Shown: piece after piece, positions 1-9,771 of the stretch | How positions within the stretch are numbered: position 1 is the stretch's first letter | Layout of the letters: each line of letters opens with the position of its first letter | Origin: a virus | Lineage: Duplodnaviria > Heunggongvirae > Uroviricota > Caudoviricetes | Strand: one strand, 5' to 3' | Virus record (IMG/VR): IMGVR_UViG_648276649_000004 | Length of the DNA: 31,903 nucleotides | Notes under the pieces: generated by a model | Database searches by the model: none | The model's input: the letters and a program-made list of their open reading frames with translations, nothing else | Told to the model about the DNA's origin: nothing | Program-made: the position numbers and the translations under genes

Positions 1-729
1 GAACATCGTCTCGATACGCCCTGGATAACGTTTATCCCAGTCACGCAACATGTCAGCAATCACCTGACGTTGCAGGTTAGGCTGTGAACCGCACAGGTTG
101 CACGGAATAATCGGGAACGCTTTTGCATCGGCAAATCGCTGAATATCTTTCTCGCGGCAGTAGGCCAGCGGACGAATAACGATATGTTTGCCATCATCGC
201 TCATCAGTTTCGGAGGCATACCTTTCATCTTGCCGCCGTAGAACATATTTAAGAACAACGTTTGCAGGATATCGTCACGATGGTGACCCAACGCGATCTT
301 CGTCGCCCCCAGTTCCGTTGCGGTACGATAAAGGATACCGCGACGAAGGCGAGAACACAGTGAGCAAGTGGTTTTGCCCTCTGGAATCTTCTCTTTCACG
401 ATACCGTAAGTATTCTCTTCAACAATCTTGTACTCAACGCCCAGCTTTTCAAGATACTCGGGCAGAACGTGTTCCGGGAAGCCCGGTTGCTTTTGATCGA
501 GGTTAACAGCCACCAGCGAAAAATTGATTGGCGCGCTTTGCTGCAAATTGCGCAGAATCTCCAGCATGGTATAGCTGTCTTTACCCCCGGAGAGGCAAAC
601 CATGATGCGATCGCCTTCTTCAATCATATTGAAGTCAGCAATGGCTTCGCCCACGTTACGACGCAGACGTTTTTGTAATTTGTTCAGGTTGTATTGTTCT
701 TTCTTTGTAATTTGTTGATTATCTTGCAT
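1..729 (-). CDS. ttcA: tRNA 2-thiocytidine biosynthesis protein TtcA, N-terminal part; gene continues beyond the window start
   Basis: Minus-strand translation from the ATG at 727-729 gives [22 protein letters not shown]... with the PP-loop motif CLSGGKDS and the CSLC/CNLC cysteine pairs typical of TtcA. The first 396-623 ORF in the track is an in-frame piece of the same reading frame. Confidence 0.85.
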   Translation of the reverse strand, partial: MQDNQQITKKEQYNLNKLQKRLRRNVGEAIADFNMIEEGDRIMVCLSGGKDSYTMLEILRNLQQSAPINFSLVAVNLDQKQPGFPEHVLPEYLEKLGVEYKIVEENTYGIVKEKIPEGKTTCSLCSRLRRGILYRTATELGATKIALGHHRDDILQTLFLNMFYGGKMKGMPPKLMSDDGKHIVIRPLAYCREKDIQRFADAKAFPIIPCNLCGSQPNLQRQVIADMLRDWDKRYPGRIETMF

Positions 730-780
730 TATTTCAGTTCTCTGGTACTAAATGGGGCAAATTGGGGGCAAACTTTGCAA

Positions 781-2016
781 CTACGATAACCGCGCATTCA
801 ACATGGCTATCTGTTCGTCGTTCATGTCATCAATCCACATACCGTAAATTTCATACACCATCTGCGCAGTTTCATGCCCCATTTGGCTGGCTATAAATGC
901 CGGGTTCGCTCCTGCCGTCAACAGCCAGCAGGCAAAAGTATGCCGCGTATGGTACGGATTACGGCGGCGAATACCAGCACGTTTTACTGCTGCATTCCAC
1001 CTTGCCCCCAAACTGCTTACCGAGTAATAAGGTTTTTGTTTTCCGTTACACACCCTGGGCATGAAAACAAAATGCAGTTTTTGCTTTTCGGTTCTGCCGT
1101 ACTCCCGATGATAAAAGGTGATTTCGCTTTTGCGATGATGCCCGGTCAGTTTGTATTGCTCCTTCAGTGCTTCAAGAGCAGGCTGCAGTAGTGTTACTGT
1201 TCGGATCCCGGCATTTGTTTTTGGGGGACCGAACATATCAAGTATCGTCAGGTTTCTTCTGACATTCACTATTCCCTTTTCGAGATCCACATCCTCCCAC
1301 GCCAGAGCTGCCAGTTCCCCGTGACGAAGTCCTGAGTAAACGGCAAATTTCCACAAGTTCTGGCTCTGTCCTTTTTCACTTTCCATTAATGCATTGAATT
1401 CTGTTTTAGATAACGGATCAGGCTTTATTCTGTTTCGCTGTAATTTTTTTACTCCTTCAAATGGTTTGGTTGATATAAATCCCGACTGATACGCAAAACG
1501 CAACAGCGAACAGAGCAGGGCGATATAGTTATCAACTGTGCGCACGGTTCTTCCTTTTTTGTTGGATCTTGGATTATCCAGGTAAAGCGTTTCTCCATGC
1601 AGCAGTTCATTCCGGTAGTTTAAGATATCGCTATAACGAATATGTGATATCGGGGTACTTTCACAAATTATTATTCTGAGTGTTTTTAATTGTGATTTCG
1701 TTTTCTTCATTGTGTTTGTTGTTAACTCTGTCTCTTTAATTTTTGTCCAGATATCACAAAGCTCTCCGAACGTTTTTATGACTCTCGTTGTCACCATTTT
1801 TGCCCCAGTGCTGGACTGGGGAAAACGTCTTAAATACTCAAATTCACCGGAGTTTATTTCATGAACTATCAGCGCTCTTAAATTTCCGGCCTTTTTAATA
1901 TTACTGTTTGTAATCTCCCAGCCTTTTAATGTTTCCCGACATCGTTTTCCTCGAAACATGAACCAGATGCGAATGTATCTACCTCTAATCTCGACACCTG
2001 TTGGTAATTTAGACAT
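781..2016 (-). CDS. intR: Tyrosine-family phage integrase, 411 aa
   Basis: The 411-aa ORF has the C-terminal catalytic region (...HTRHTFACWLL...) characteristic of lambda-type integrases and lies immediately next to ttcA, the known Rac attachment locus. Confidence 0.9.
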   Translation of the reverse strand: MSKLPTGVEIRGRYIRIWFMFRGKRCRETLKGWEITNSNIKKAGNLRALIVHEINSGEFEYLRRFPQSSTGAKMVTTRVIKTFGELCDIWTKIKETELTTNTMKKTKSQLKTLRIIICESTPISHIRYSDILNYRNELLHGETLYLDNPRSNKKGRTVRTVDNYIALLCSLLRFAYQSGFISTKPFEGVKKLQRNRIKPDPLSKTEFNALMESEKGQSQNLWKFAVYSGLRHGELAALAWEDVDLEKGIVNVRRNLTILDMFGPPKTNAGIRTVTLLQPALEALKEQYKLTGHHRKSEITFYHREYGRTEKQKLHFVFMPRVCNGKQKPYYSVSSLGARWNAAVKRAGIRRRNPYHTRHTFACWLLTAGANPAFIASQMGHETAQMVYEIYGMWIDDMNDEQIAMLNARLS

Positions 2017-2017
2017 A

Positions 2018-2233
2018 TCATGAGTCTTTGATAAACTGATTTATCTTTGGATAGTTGTACCAGATAATCCCTCGTTTGCTGTCTGGCTTACCTAAAGGAG
2101 ATACTCGTTTGAAGTGGAAGCCCTCCACCCAACAGTTCTGGCGGTATGCTTCAATTTGTCTGGCCCCCAGACCAGTGCGAAGCATCAGGCCGTATTCAAC
2201 CATCCACTCTTCATTAAAGATTACTTGTGCCAT
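2018..2233 (-). CDS. xisR: Excisionase-like protein (start taken at the internal Met, [10 protein letters not shown]...)
   Basis: Small ORF directly upstream of int on the same strand, the usual xis-int arrangement; matches my recollection of Rac YdaQ/XisR. The start is chosen at M9 of the track ORF. Confidence 0.7.
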   Translation of the reverse strand: MAQVIFNEEWMVEYGLMLRTGLGARQIEAYRQNCWVEGFHFKRVSPLGKPDSKRGIIWYNYPKINQFIKDS

Positions 2234-2311
2234 CGCATCACCTCTGGCAGGCGCCAATGTTAGACTGAAATTGACGCCCGATGTTGATTATTAATAATCA
2301 GCTATGAAGTT

Positions 2312-2521
2312 TTAATTTGAATACAATGCAATTCTCGAGGACTGAAGTTTCTCGCAATTAAAATTTATCAGTTTTACTTTCTGCTCTCTGGAAACGCCTG
2401 CTTCTTTTTTACCTGAGAGCATTTTTTCGCATTCTGATTTCGTTAGTTTAGATTTTGAATATCTTGTCCAGTTAGTAGGAGTGCCACCTTCCTTTTCAAT
2501 AGTGGCGGTAATTTTATACAT
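2312..2521 (-). CDS. ydaC: Small Rac prophage protein YdaC-like, 69 aa
   Basis: ORF MYKITATIEKEGG... preceded by a GGAGG Shine-Dalgarno 5 nt upstream of the ATG at 2519-2521; the 93-aa track ORF is an upstream in-frame extension. Same position as ydaC in Rac. Confidence 0.6.
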   Translation of the reverse strand: MYKITATIEKEGGTPTNWTRYSKSKLTKSECEKMLSGKKEAGVSREQKVKLINFNCEKLQSSRIALYSN

Positions 2522-2708
2522 GAACACCTCCATTATTATTTCCAGTGGTTCGTTTATTCCATCTTTCGAGTGCTTCTTTTTCACTTCCACCATAACCGGT
2601 TCGGGATTCGCATCCGTTACACTTCGCTCGGTAATATCCTGAAATGGCTTTCACCGTTACTGATGGACAACCACAAAATGGACATGGTTTAACATTGTCA
2701 TATCTCAT
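2514..2708 (-). CDS. ralR: Restriction alleviation protein Lar/RalR, 64 aa
   Basis: Translation MRYDNVKPCPFCGCPSVTVKAISGYYRAKCNGCESRTGYGG... has the CPFCG...CNGC zinc-ribbon of Lar-family proteins; start taken at M14 of the track ORF. It overlaps the ydaC start by 8 nt. Confidence 0.75.
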   Translation of the reverse strand: MRYDNVKPCPFCGCPSVTVKAISGYYRAKCNGCESRTGYGGSEKEALERWNKRTTGNNNGGVHV

Positions 2709-2764
2709 AATTTTTCTCATAAAAAATATTTCAAGTTGGCGGTGCATTACACCGCCAGGCTGAA

Positions 2765-3574
2765 TTATTCCTCTGAATTATCGATTACACTGTATTCCCC
2801 GGTTAATACAGAGGAATCTGCAGGATCGATTGTCAGTGGTTCCTTTTCATCCATTGATACTGCACGCTGGATCTCAATTGATACGGGCAGATATTTGAAC
2901 AGGCGACGAATAGCCGTTTTCTTTGCCATTTCTTCCCAGTGAGTTACCCACGGCCCGTTATTACCAGCTTTACTCAGGCTGCGCACCAGCTCAATCTGTT
3001 TGCGCGTCATAACTTCAAACTGAGTACCTCCGTCTTTCAGTCTTGCGACAGCATAGACGTGGGTAACCGGGGCATCTTCGTTTTCTCCCGGGCGGTGTAT
3101 TAACTTTTCATCAAGGCCAAATTCGAAGCTAAACTCGTCACCTTCACGGACAACACGGGCTGACAGGCTGGCGATTTGACCAGAACGGCGAGCCAGATCA
3201 ATCATGCCGCGATAGCCAATGATTAGCTGAACGTTCTTTTTACCGCTCTTTTCGTTTTTATTACCAAAAGGCAGTAAATATGCATGACCGAGGGCGCTAC
3301 CTGGCTCAAGTCCGAGCTGTGAACACTGTACGATCGCACTGACAAAACTCATAGTGTCACAGTTTCCTAACGCCGGAACTTTACGAATTTCTGTGGTGGC
3401 GATACGGATCATACGTTCAGCCGTCATATGGCGTGGAAGAGCTGCTGCCAGTTGCTCTTTCATTGATGGCTGGTTAATAAAACTAATCACGTCGCTATTT
3501 TTAACTGCTGCTGGTGCACGGTTTCCCTGAGTTTTTTGCAGATCGGCTTTTGCGATTGGTGGTTGCTTAGTCAT
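2765..3574 (-). CDS. recT: Recombinase RecT (single-strand annealing protein), 269 aa
   Basis: Translation from [24 protein letters not shown]... matches my recollection of Rac RecT. Start taken at M20 of the track ORF, with an AAGGA ribosome-binding site upstream; it overlaps the recE stop. Confidence 0.9.
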   Translation of the reverse strand: MTKQPPIAKADLQKTQGNRAPAAVKNSDVISFINQPSMKEQLAAALPRHMTAERMIRIATTEIRKVPALGNCDTMSFVSAIVQCSQLGLEPGSALGHAYLLPFGNKNEKSGKKNVQLIIGYRGMIDLARRSGQIASLSARVVREGDEFSFEFGLDEKLIHRPGENEDAPVTHVYAVARLKDGGTQFEVMTRKQIELVRSLSKAGNNGPWVTHWEEMAKKTAIRRLFKYLPVSIEIQRAVSMDEKEPLTIDPADSSVLTGEYSVIDNSEE

Positions 3575-6167
3575 TTGCATATTCCTTAGCCCAGCGGGGC
3601 AGTGATAATGTCTTAATAGCTGGCCATTCATCGGTATTCAGGCAGTCAGACAGGGTTCGCAGATTGCGGTGATATTCCTGTTGACCTGCCAGTTTTGCTT
3701 CTTCGCCCATCATGAAAATTTCAACCGGATAACGTCCGCATTCAATAGTTGTGCTGGCAACCAGAAAAACGAAAGTTGGCTGCACTCCAAACTGTGCTTC
3801 ATAACCGTCACTGTAGAACGCATCCTGAACGTGATAGCGGTAGTCGTAATAAGCGGTTTTGAATCGTTGAATATCCGCCGTAGTTTTCACGTCCATGATC
3901 CAGTGAAATTCAGGGATAATTTTGTCCGGACGGCACCGACACAAAATTCCTGTTTCAGGATCTTCCCAGTAAATTGATGATTCAGCGTGTCCGGCGCTTT
4001 CAACAAGCCATTGCCCCAGCGGCAAAGCCATAACGCTTTGATACATGAGTTCAATTTTCCGGCCTTCTTCCGCAGTGATAACCGTTTTTCCTGTGCTTGC
4101 GCATTCCATCAGAAACGCTTTCTCTTCTTCTTTTCCGGCGTTTGTACGGCGGTTAAATTCAGGTGCTACGATAAAGCGGTTACTGAATTCTTCCGGTTCA
4201 AGTACCCGGCAGTGGAAAGCAGTTCCTAAATCGAGCGTTTTTGTCTTTGTGGTGTCCACGGGGGCATTTTTACGCCACAAATATAGTGCCGGAGTATCAG
4301 CAATGTCATCGAGCTGAGACTTACTGATACCGGGACCCGCGTGGTAATTCTCATTCGAAATTCCGTAATAAATACCTGGCTCTATGTCTTCTACGATTAC
4401 GGGATCTGCGACTTCGCCAGTTTCATCACTGCAATCGCGATGCGGATCGCTGCCAGCATTCTCATTGTGCGGATGTTCAGCGCCTTCCATTTCCTCCGGA
4501 TCATTTTCCTTAGCTTCAACCTGACTCTCTTCATCGAATGTTTCCTGGTATGTTGCGTCGCCCATCACCGCACCACAGTCAGGGCAGTTATCCCCGCCAG
4601 TCTGGCCGCAGGCATTGCAGGCTATTTCCGGTTCCTGTTGCACTACTGGCTCAGGTTGATTCATATCTGGGCTGGTTTTTTCCGTTTCTGGCTGGTTCTG
4701 GTACACACAATCGCGAGTCTGGATCCCCTTTACCCATTTCGGATCGTTCGGGTCGCTAATTCCGTCAACAAATTCACCACGTGATGCAGCAAGCAATTTA
4801 TCGGCATCGACAGGATTTTTTGATGGAATGTTTTTCCGGGCTTCATGGAGTTCTGCCCGCAGTTCCTGATATTTCGCATCAACAGAATTTACCTGTGACT
4901 GAGCATCCAGCGGCTGCGTGTCCTGATGATGTTCAGTTGCGTCCGGTTCCATTGTTTCAGCCTCTCCCTGTTCAACTGCCGTTGTTCCAGATGGTTGCGG
5001 TTTTTCTTCATCATCCTGTTTTCCTTCTTCTGTTACTCGCTGCGGCATCGGGGCAGAGGAGCGACCGCAGGCAATATCCACGATTTCCGGATCAGGGTTG
5101 GCATGATCGGTTTCAGTCAGTACTTTGTTCAGATATTCAGTGACGTGCGCGGGGATGACCTCGATCCCAATTGGTGCTTCTTTTACGGACGCAACCACGA
5201 TGGCGCGGGAATAATCCAGCCCGCCAGGCATGGTGATGAATTTGTTGCGGAAAACAGAAAAGGGCGGTTTATTTTCAGCGATAATTTCCTCAATGCGTTT
5301 AGCGTGTGCCGGATGAAGGTTATAGATGTCCAGATCCATTGAACGGGCCAGTACGCCAGTGGCTACGTCGCGCGCCAGTGACGTCAGATCGTGTACGAAA
5401 CCTTCGCCGCGATCGGTGAGGTTTCCGCCGCCAGCATTAGCACCGGAAGCCGTGCAAGTGATGTGTGAAACACGATTACCCTTCATCCACTCTTTTGTCA
5501 GCAGTCCTCGATCGGTGTAGTCAGCGTTCAGGTATGCTTCGAAAAAAGCAGTTATCAGTCCCAGGTTTGAATTACCAGGATTAGGGAAAACTTTGTCAGT
5601 GTCACGAACCAGTTTGTGGAGTTCGCGAATTTCCAGCGGGTCGAGCAGGCTGGTTTTGTGGGAAACAGCCAGGGCAGTAACAGCCGGTAGTTCTTCAGCC
5701 CGAGCAATGTGTAATGCCTGGAGTCCGTCGCGTGAAACGTGCGTTACCGGTTTTTCGCTGCCGTGTTGAGCAAGCCAACGAATGGGCAGTTCCTGGCCAG
5801 AAATTGGGAGTAGCATATTCTCCTCAATCTCAGTCATGTCTTCGCCGTTGACGTTGGTATTGCCTTGATAGTGAGCGTTGTCTGGTGCTGCTCCCGGTTT
5901 TAGTTCCCATGTCATGGAGTCTTTGCTGAGTTGATAGCGTTCACTCCAGGTAAAATCGATCTCACCTTCAGCGGGCAGGTCATTAACGACAGGAAAATTC
6001 GTGGCAACAGCTTTAAAATAGCTGCTCAGTTTTTTACCTGACTTAACGATCAGGTAGTCCAGAGTGGCACAGGTCGATTCAAAATCGTTGCTTGCCCACA
6101 GGACGACGTCAGGTTCACCGGATGATTTTTTCGCTTTCCGTAACAGGAAGAGTGGTTTTGTGCTCAT
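3567..6167 (-). CDS. recE: Exodeoxyribonuclease VIII RecE, 866 aa
   Basis: 866-aa ORF immediately upstream of and overlapping recT, with a long acidic linker and a C-terminal nuclease domain; same size and position as Rac RecE. Confidence 0.9.
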   Translation of the reverse strand: MSTKPLFLLRKAKKSSGEPDVVLWASNDFESTCATLDYLIVKSGKKLSSYFKAVATNFPVVNDLPAEGEIDFTWSERYQLSKDSMTWELKPGAAPDNAHYQGNTNVNGEDMTEIEENMLLPISGQELPIRWLAQHGSEKPVTHVSRDGLQALHIARAEELPAVTALAVSHKTSLLDPLEIRELHKLVRDTDKVFPNPGNSNLGLITAFFEAYLNADYTDRGLLTKEWMKGNRVSHITCTASGANAGGGNLTDRGEGFVHDLTSLARDVATGVLARSMDLDIYNLHPAHAKRIEEIIAENKPPFSVFRNKFITMPGGLDYSRAIVVASVKEAPIGIEVIPAHVTEYLNKVLTETDHANPDPEIVDIACGRSSAPMPQRVTEEGKQDDEEKPQPSGTTAVEQGEAETMEPDATEHHQDTQPLDAQSQVNSVDAKYQELRAELHEARKNIPSKNPVDADKLLAASRGEFVDGISDPNDPKWVKGIQTRDCVYQNQPETEKTSPDMNQPEPVVQQEPEIACNACGQTGGDNCPDCGAVMGDATYQETFDEESQVEAKENDPEEMEGAEHPHNENAGSDPHRDCSDETGEVADPVIVEDIEPGIYYGISNENYHAGPGISKSQLDDIADTPALYLWRKNAPVDTTKTKTLDLGTAFHCRVLEPEEFSNRFIVAPEFNRRTNAGKEEEKAFLMECASTGKTVITAEEGRKIELMYQSVMALPLGQWLVESAGHAESSIYWEDPETGILCRCRPDKIIPEFHWIMDVKTTADIQRFKTAYYDYRYHVQDAFYSDGYEAQFGVQPTFVFLVASTTIECGRYPVEIFMMGEEAKLAGQQEYHRNLRTLSDCLNTDEWPAIKTLSLPRWAKEYAND

Positions 6168-6268
6168 TGTTTTTTAACCTCAACTCAGATTAAAATTCGT
6201 TTTGTTCAGTGAATGATCTTGCCGGATACACACTGTTCATAGCCTGCGCCATACGCAGGCTATTTCTT

Positions 6269-6544
6269 TCAGATTTCACCTTTTAATTTCATTGCAATTA
6301 GAGTTGCCAGAAATTCGGCTTTTTTTTCTGCGGGCAGATTCTTTCCGATATGCACCAGGCACATTTTTTTGACACCTTCATCAAGTGTTTTTACGTTGCC
6401 TGATGGACCATCGATATCAACCACAGTGAATGGGGTTTCTTTATTTTCTGTTTTAATTACGTAGCCAATGCGCTTTCCTTCCAGATTCACCTCGTGAACA
6501 ATGTCATCGGTAGTTACAACAGTGGCTTCATAATTGGTAATCAT
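6269..6544 (-). CDS. racC: Rac prophage protein RacC, 91 aa
   Basis: ORF MITNYEATVVTTDDIVHEV... with an AAGGAG ribosome-binding site 6 nt upstream of the ATG; start taken at M17 of the track ORF. Confidence 0.7.
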   Translation of the reverse strand: MITNYEATVVTTDDIVHEVNLEGKRIGYVIKTENKETPFTVVDIDGPSGNVKTLDEGVKKMCLVHIGKNLPAEKKAEFLATLIAMKLKGEI

Positions 6545-6618
6545 GTTTTTCTCCTTAATTAAGGTTGAGCGAATACCTGCCATTTCTGGCATAAATTCAG
6601 TTTCGAATAGTCAATTAA

Positions 6619-6789
6619 TTAAAGTTCATGTGCCATCTGGTCTTTTTCGGCACAAGCTTCACTGCAATATTTTCTCGGTTCGTCTTTTGATAAAATCCCG
6701 TGCATGAAGTGAAGCATTCTTTCAATAGCTTTGCTTTCTTCAACGTCTTTTTTGCAAAGGTGGTAAGCACATTTTATTTTCTTAGTCAT
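6619..6789 (-). CDS. ydaE: Small cysteine-rich protein YdaE-like, 56 aa (below the 60-aa ORF track cutoff)
   Basis: Hand translation of the minus strand gives [56 protein letters not shown]. Its ATG overlaps the kilR stop codon (ATGA overlap). Confidence 0.6.
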   Translation of the reverse strand: MTKKIKCAYHLCKKDVEESKAIERMLHFMHGILSKDEPRKYCSEACAEKDQMAHEL

Positions 6790-7010
6790 CACCATGACTC
6801 CGCCTTTACAGGTAAACCATCACGACCGAGGAAGACTTTAATCATGCGGTCAGTAATGAATGTTTTTGTGGTCAGGTTACGAATATATAGTTTTCGCTTT
6901 TTAATATTGTTTGCCGAGGCAATATATGTCCGGCCTTCATGAAGAACATAATCGCCAGGAGTCACACACTGACGTGGTATTTCATCAGTTCCGAAGTGAT
7001 GTGCAATCAT
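6789..7010 (-). CDS. kilR: Killing protein KilR (FtsZ-targeting cell-division inhibitor of Rac), 73 aa
   Basis: Translation [32 protein letters not shown]... matches my recollection of KilR; GGAG ribosome-binding site upstream; start taken at M5 of the track ORF. Confidence 0.75.
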
Positions 7011-7451
7011 AATTATCTCCATTTTTACAAATGAACTTTGTTGATGCGGTGTCTGGTGCCTCCAGGTGACTGCAACCAGTTAACAATTACAGTCGGCTTT
7101 CCCACCCAAACCAATAAGGACTAACATGACTTTTAACTGTGCCACGTGCGCTTAGCCGCATTCACCGCATCACAAAATTCACTTTAAAAAGGGCGGACAT
7201 CAGCCGAACTTCAAGAAAAAAACTGATGCCGCCAGGACTACACACAGCAATGTCGTTATTTACAACCGGAGGCGCACTCCCTCCATTTAAATTTAACAGA
7301 CAAGACCGACTCTTTATGGATATCGGAAATGCGCCTTCGTGTTGTGCCCGGTTTTATTTCACCACCTCCGGGCTTCGGTGGTCTCGGCTATACCCCTACA
7401 GCGAGAGCTTGTGTTAACATTTCAATACCCTTACAGTTGAGAGTTATTGAT

Positions 7452-7940
7452 ATGTTGGATGTATTTACTCCATTGTTGAAACTTTTTGCTAACGAGCCAC
7501 TCGAAAGACTTATGTATACGATTATCATTTTTGGTCTCACTCTCTGGCTGATACCGAAAGAGTTTACTGTCGCATTCAATGCTTATACTGAAATACCTTG
7601 GCTCTTTCAGATTATCGTTTTTGCCTTTTCTTTCGTGGTCGCCATTTCCTTCTCAAGATTGCGAGCACATATTCAAAAGCATTATTCATTACTACCAGAG
7701 CAACGAGTATTGCTTCGTTTATCTGAGAAAGAAATCGCTGTATTTAAAGATTTCCTTAAAACAGGAAATCTTATTATCACTTCTCCTTGCCGTAACCCGG
7801 TTATGAAAAAATTAGAACGGAAGGGCATCATTCAACATCAGAGTGATAGCGCAAACTGTTCTTATTATCTCGTCACCGAAAAATACTCCCATTTTATGAA
7901 GTTATTCTGGAACAGCAGGAGTAGACGTTTTAATCGTTAG
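7452..7940 (+). CDS. sieB: Superinfection exclusion protein SieB, 162 aa
   Basis: Translation from MLDVFTPLLKLFANEPLERLMYTIIIFGLTLWL... includes hydrophobic membrane segments; start taken at the internal Met of the 203-aa track ORF, giving the size recalled for SieB. Confidence 0.75.
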   Translation: MLDVFTPLLKLFANEPLERLMYTIIIFGLTLWLIPKEFTVAFNAYTEIPWLFQIIVFAFSFVVAISFSRLRAHIQKHYSLLPEQRVLLRLSEKEIAVFKDFLKTGNLIITSPCRNPVMKKLERKGIIQHQSDSANCSYYLVTEKYSHFMKLFWNSRSRRFNR

Positions 7941-8092
7941 CTTACTGTGTGCTTCTCCAACCATCGGCGCGCACCAGTTTCGGTTTTAAATGTTTTGCTT
8001 TTGGTATACGTCATGGCAGTGAACGTTCCATCCTGGTTGGGGAACACGCCGCACACCAGGGATTCGTTGTTGCCGAGGTCGATTTTTTGCAT
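7937..8092 (-). CDS. ydaF: Small Rac protein YdaF-like, 51 aa (below the ORF track cutoff)
   Basis: Hand translation of the minus strand: MQKIDLGNNESLVCGVFPNQDGTFTAMTYTKSKTFKTETGARRWLEKHTVS. Size and position agree with ydaF; the 3' end overlaps the sieB stop by 4 nt. Confidence 0.5.
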   Translation of the reverse strand: MQKIDLGNNESLVCGVFPNQDGTFTAMTYTKSKTFKTETGARRWLEKHTVS

Positions 8093-8114
8093 TTTGCGAA
8101 TCTCACATCTTGTT

Positions 8115-8237
8115 GCTACGTATAGCGACTTCTGCCTGCCAGAGATCCCAGTCGTTGCTGCGTAAAGCCTGCACAGCCTGGTTGTAAGTGATACCGCAAC
8201 AATCCATCAAATACTGAACTACTTCGTAATGCACCAT
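8115..8237 (-). CDS. ydaG: Small ORF in the ydaG position, 40 aa
   Basis: Hand translation MVHYEVVQYLMDCCGITYNQAVQALRQQRLGSLAGRSRYT, with an AGGGGAGAG ribosome-binding site upstream of the ATG. Assignment to ydaG rests on position only. Confidence 0.4.
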
Positions 8238-8449
8238 CTTATCTCTCCCCTTAACGCCGGGTGGCGGAACTAACTGCTGCACTGCAAAATTTGAATCCCG
8301 CCGTCATGTTCTTACGCCTCGGGCTGGCTACTTAACCCCTGACCACTGCCTGGTAACTCGAAGTATTGCCCTGCATTCTGTGGGGCGGGGTGGGTGGCAG
8401 GCATATAATGTACTTTGTGTTCATTGTTGTAAAGTACATTTAGTACATT

Positions 8450-8944
8450 TTATGTGTAAAAAAATGAGATGGGATAAAGTGAAGCACAAACCCGGAGGAA
8501 GGCGCTACCGGATTTATGCTGGTTTAAGAGGCTTTTTGTTTTTTTCTTTCGTGCTAACTCTTCGTAAATTGCATTGTACTTCTGTTTTTTCTCTTCAAGA
8601 GTTTTTAAAAGTTCATCTGTCTCACTGTCAGGGAGCTCGTCCAGAAGGTCAATGATGATTTTTTGTCTTGGATTTAACTCCTGATAGAAACGTACCTGTC
8701 CACTTTCTTCTGTATCCTCTCCCAAAAGATAGGTTGGTGTTGTTCCTATTAGTGTTGCTAATTCCCTTAATTTCTCCCGGCGAGGAATTGTTTCGCCATT
8801 AAACCATTTGCTAACCGCTTTTGGTGTTAATTTCATTCGACGGGCAATTTCTGCCTGCCTTCCATGTTGTTCATAACCAGCGTTTTCACAGGCTAGCGCA
8901 AGCCTACTGGCGAACTCTTTACGCGCTTTATCTTCATGAACCAT
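8450..8944 (-). CDS. racR: Prophage repressor RacR (XRE-family helix-turn-helix regulator)
   Basis: N-terminal HTH region (...QAEIARRMKLTPKAVSKWFNGETIP...) and divergent orientation to the Cro-like gene. The exact start is uncertain: M1 at 8944 or a later Met. Confidence 0.8.
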   Translation of the reverse strand: MVHEDKARKEFASRLALACENAGYEQHGRQAEIARRMKLTPKAVSKWFNGETIPRREKLRELATLIGTTPTYLLGEDTEESGQVRFYQELNPRQKIIIDLLDELPDSETDELLKTLEEKKQKYNAIYEELARKKKTKSLLNQHKSGSAFLRVCASLYPISFFYT

Positions 8945-9023
8945 AAGTTCAATGATATTCGCTCTTGAATGTACTGTCAGTTCTGTTATAGCATGTACTC
9001 AAAGTTCACATTGTGAGGGTGAT
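8945..9023. promoter_or_regulatory. Divergent promoter/operator region between racR and the Cro-like gene
   Basis: 79-bp AT-rich spacer between divergent repressor and Cro-like genes, with short repeated motifs (TGTACT, TTCA). Inferred from the classic immunity-region layout; no operator is verified. Confidence 0.4.
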
Positions 9024-9278
9024 ATGAACCAGAAAACACTTGAAGATGTAATCAAAACTGTTCGCGTTGCTGTTGTGGCCGACGTTTGTGGTGTCAGCCA
9101 AAGAGCAATCTATAAATGGATGGATAACGGAAAATTGCCTCGCACAGAATATACCGGCGAAACAAATTACGCTGAAAAAATCGCTCTTGCATCAAACGGA
9201 TTATTTTCTGCCGATGCAATTTTAACTATTGGCAGGAATAAAACTACTACGAAAAAGCTGATGGGAGTTGATTCATGA
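9024..9278 (+). CDS. ydaS: Cro-like DNA-binding protein (YdaS family)
   Basis: Translation MNQKTLEDVIKTVRVAVVADVCGVSQRAIYKWMDNGKLP... has an HTH region; GAGGG ribosome-binding site before the ATG at 9024. The longer 108-aa track ORF would start within the racR promoter region, so the internal start is preferred. Confidence 0.65.
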   Translation: MNQKTLEDVIKTVRVAVVADVCGVSQRAIYKWMDNGKLPRTEYTGETNYAEKIALASNGLFSADAILTIGRNKTTTKKLMGVDS

Positions 9279-9700
9279 AAATCAAGCATGAACACATCCG
9301 CATGGCGATGAATGCCTGGGCGCATCCGGACGGCGAAAAAGTACCGGCTGCGAAAATTACCAAAGCGTATTTCGAGCTGGGAATGACGTTCCCGGAACTG
9401 TATGACGACAGCCATCCGGAAGCCCTGGCTCGCAATACTCAGAAAATTTTCCGCTGGGTGGAGAAAGACACCCCTGATGCGGTTAAAAAAATTCAGGCGT
9501 TGTTACCAGCTATCGAAAAAGCAATGCCACCTCTGCTGGTGGCCCGAATGCGCAGTCATAGCTCAGCCTATTTTCGGGAACTAGTGGAGACGCGGGAACG
9601 ACTGGTGAGAGACGCTGATGATTTTGTCGCAGTGGCGATCGCTGGTTTCAACCAGATGAATCGTGGTGGCCCTGCAGGAAATATTGTGGCTGTGCATTGA
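9275..9700 (+). CDS. ydaT: YdaT-family protein, 141 aa
   Basis: ORF whose ATG overlaps the ydaS stop (ATGA), with a GGGAG ribosome-binding site; same position and size as Rac ydaT. Confidence 0.7.
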   Translation: MKIKHEHIRMAMNAWAHPDGEKVPAAKITKAYFELGMTFPELYDDSHPEALARNTQKIFRWVEKDTPDAVKKIQALLPAIEKAMPPLLVARMRSHSSAYFRELVETRERLVRDADDFVAVAIAGFNQMNRGGPAGNIVAVH

Positions 9701-9771
9701 CTCGCAATATTCATACCGGATCGCTTCCGGCAATTTGTGAGTAAAAAGATTCGGTATCAAAAGAGGTGAGT

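Noticed and set aside
3669-5520. Seven plus-strand ORFs of 64-147 aa (3669-3977, 3987-4229, 4045-4317, 4341-4784, 4538-4759, 4781-5143, 4926-5342, 5326-5520)
   Set aside because: All lie antisense to, and inside, the continuous 866-aa recE reading frame; they have low-complexity, biased compositions and no ribosome-binding sites, so they are shadow ORFs of recE.
7329-7451. N-terminal 41-aa extension of sieB (the 203-aa track ORF), and the 7139-7417 ORF
   Set aside because: The extension crosses the kilR-sieB promoter region; the internal ATG at 7452 gives the 162-aa size recalled for SieB.
8380-8655. Plus-strand 91-aa ORF overlapping the 3' end of racR
   Set aside because: Antisense to racR, with no ribosome-binding site. 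However, the inverted repeat gtacttt...aaagtac at about 8411-8448 just downstream of racR may be a real terminator or operator.
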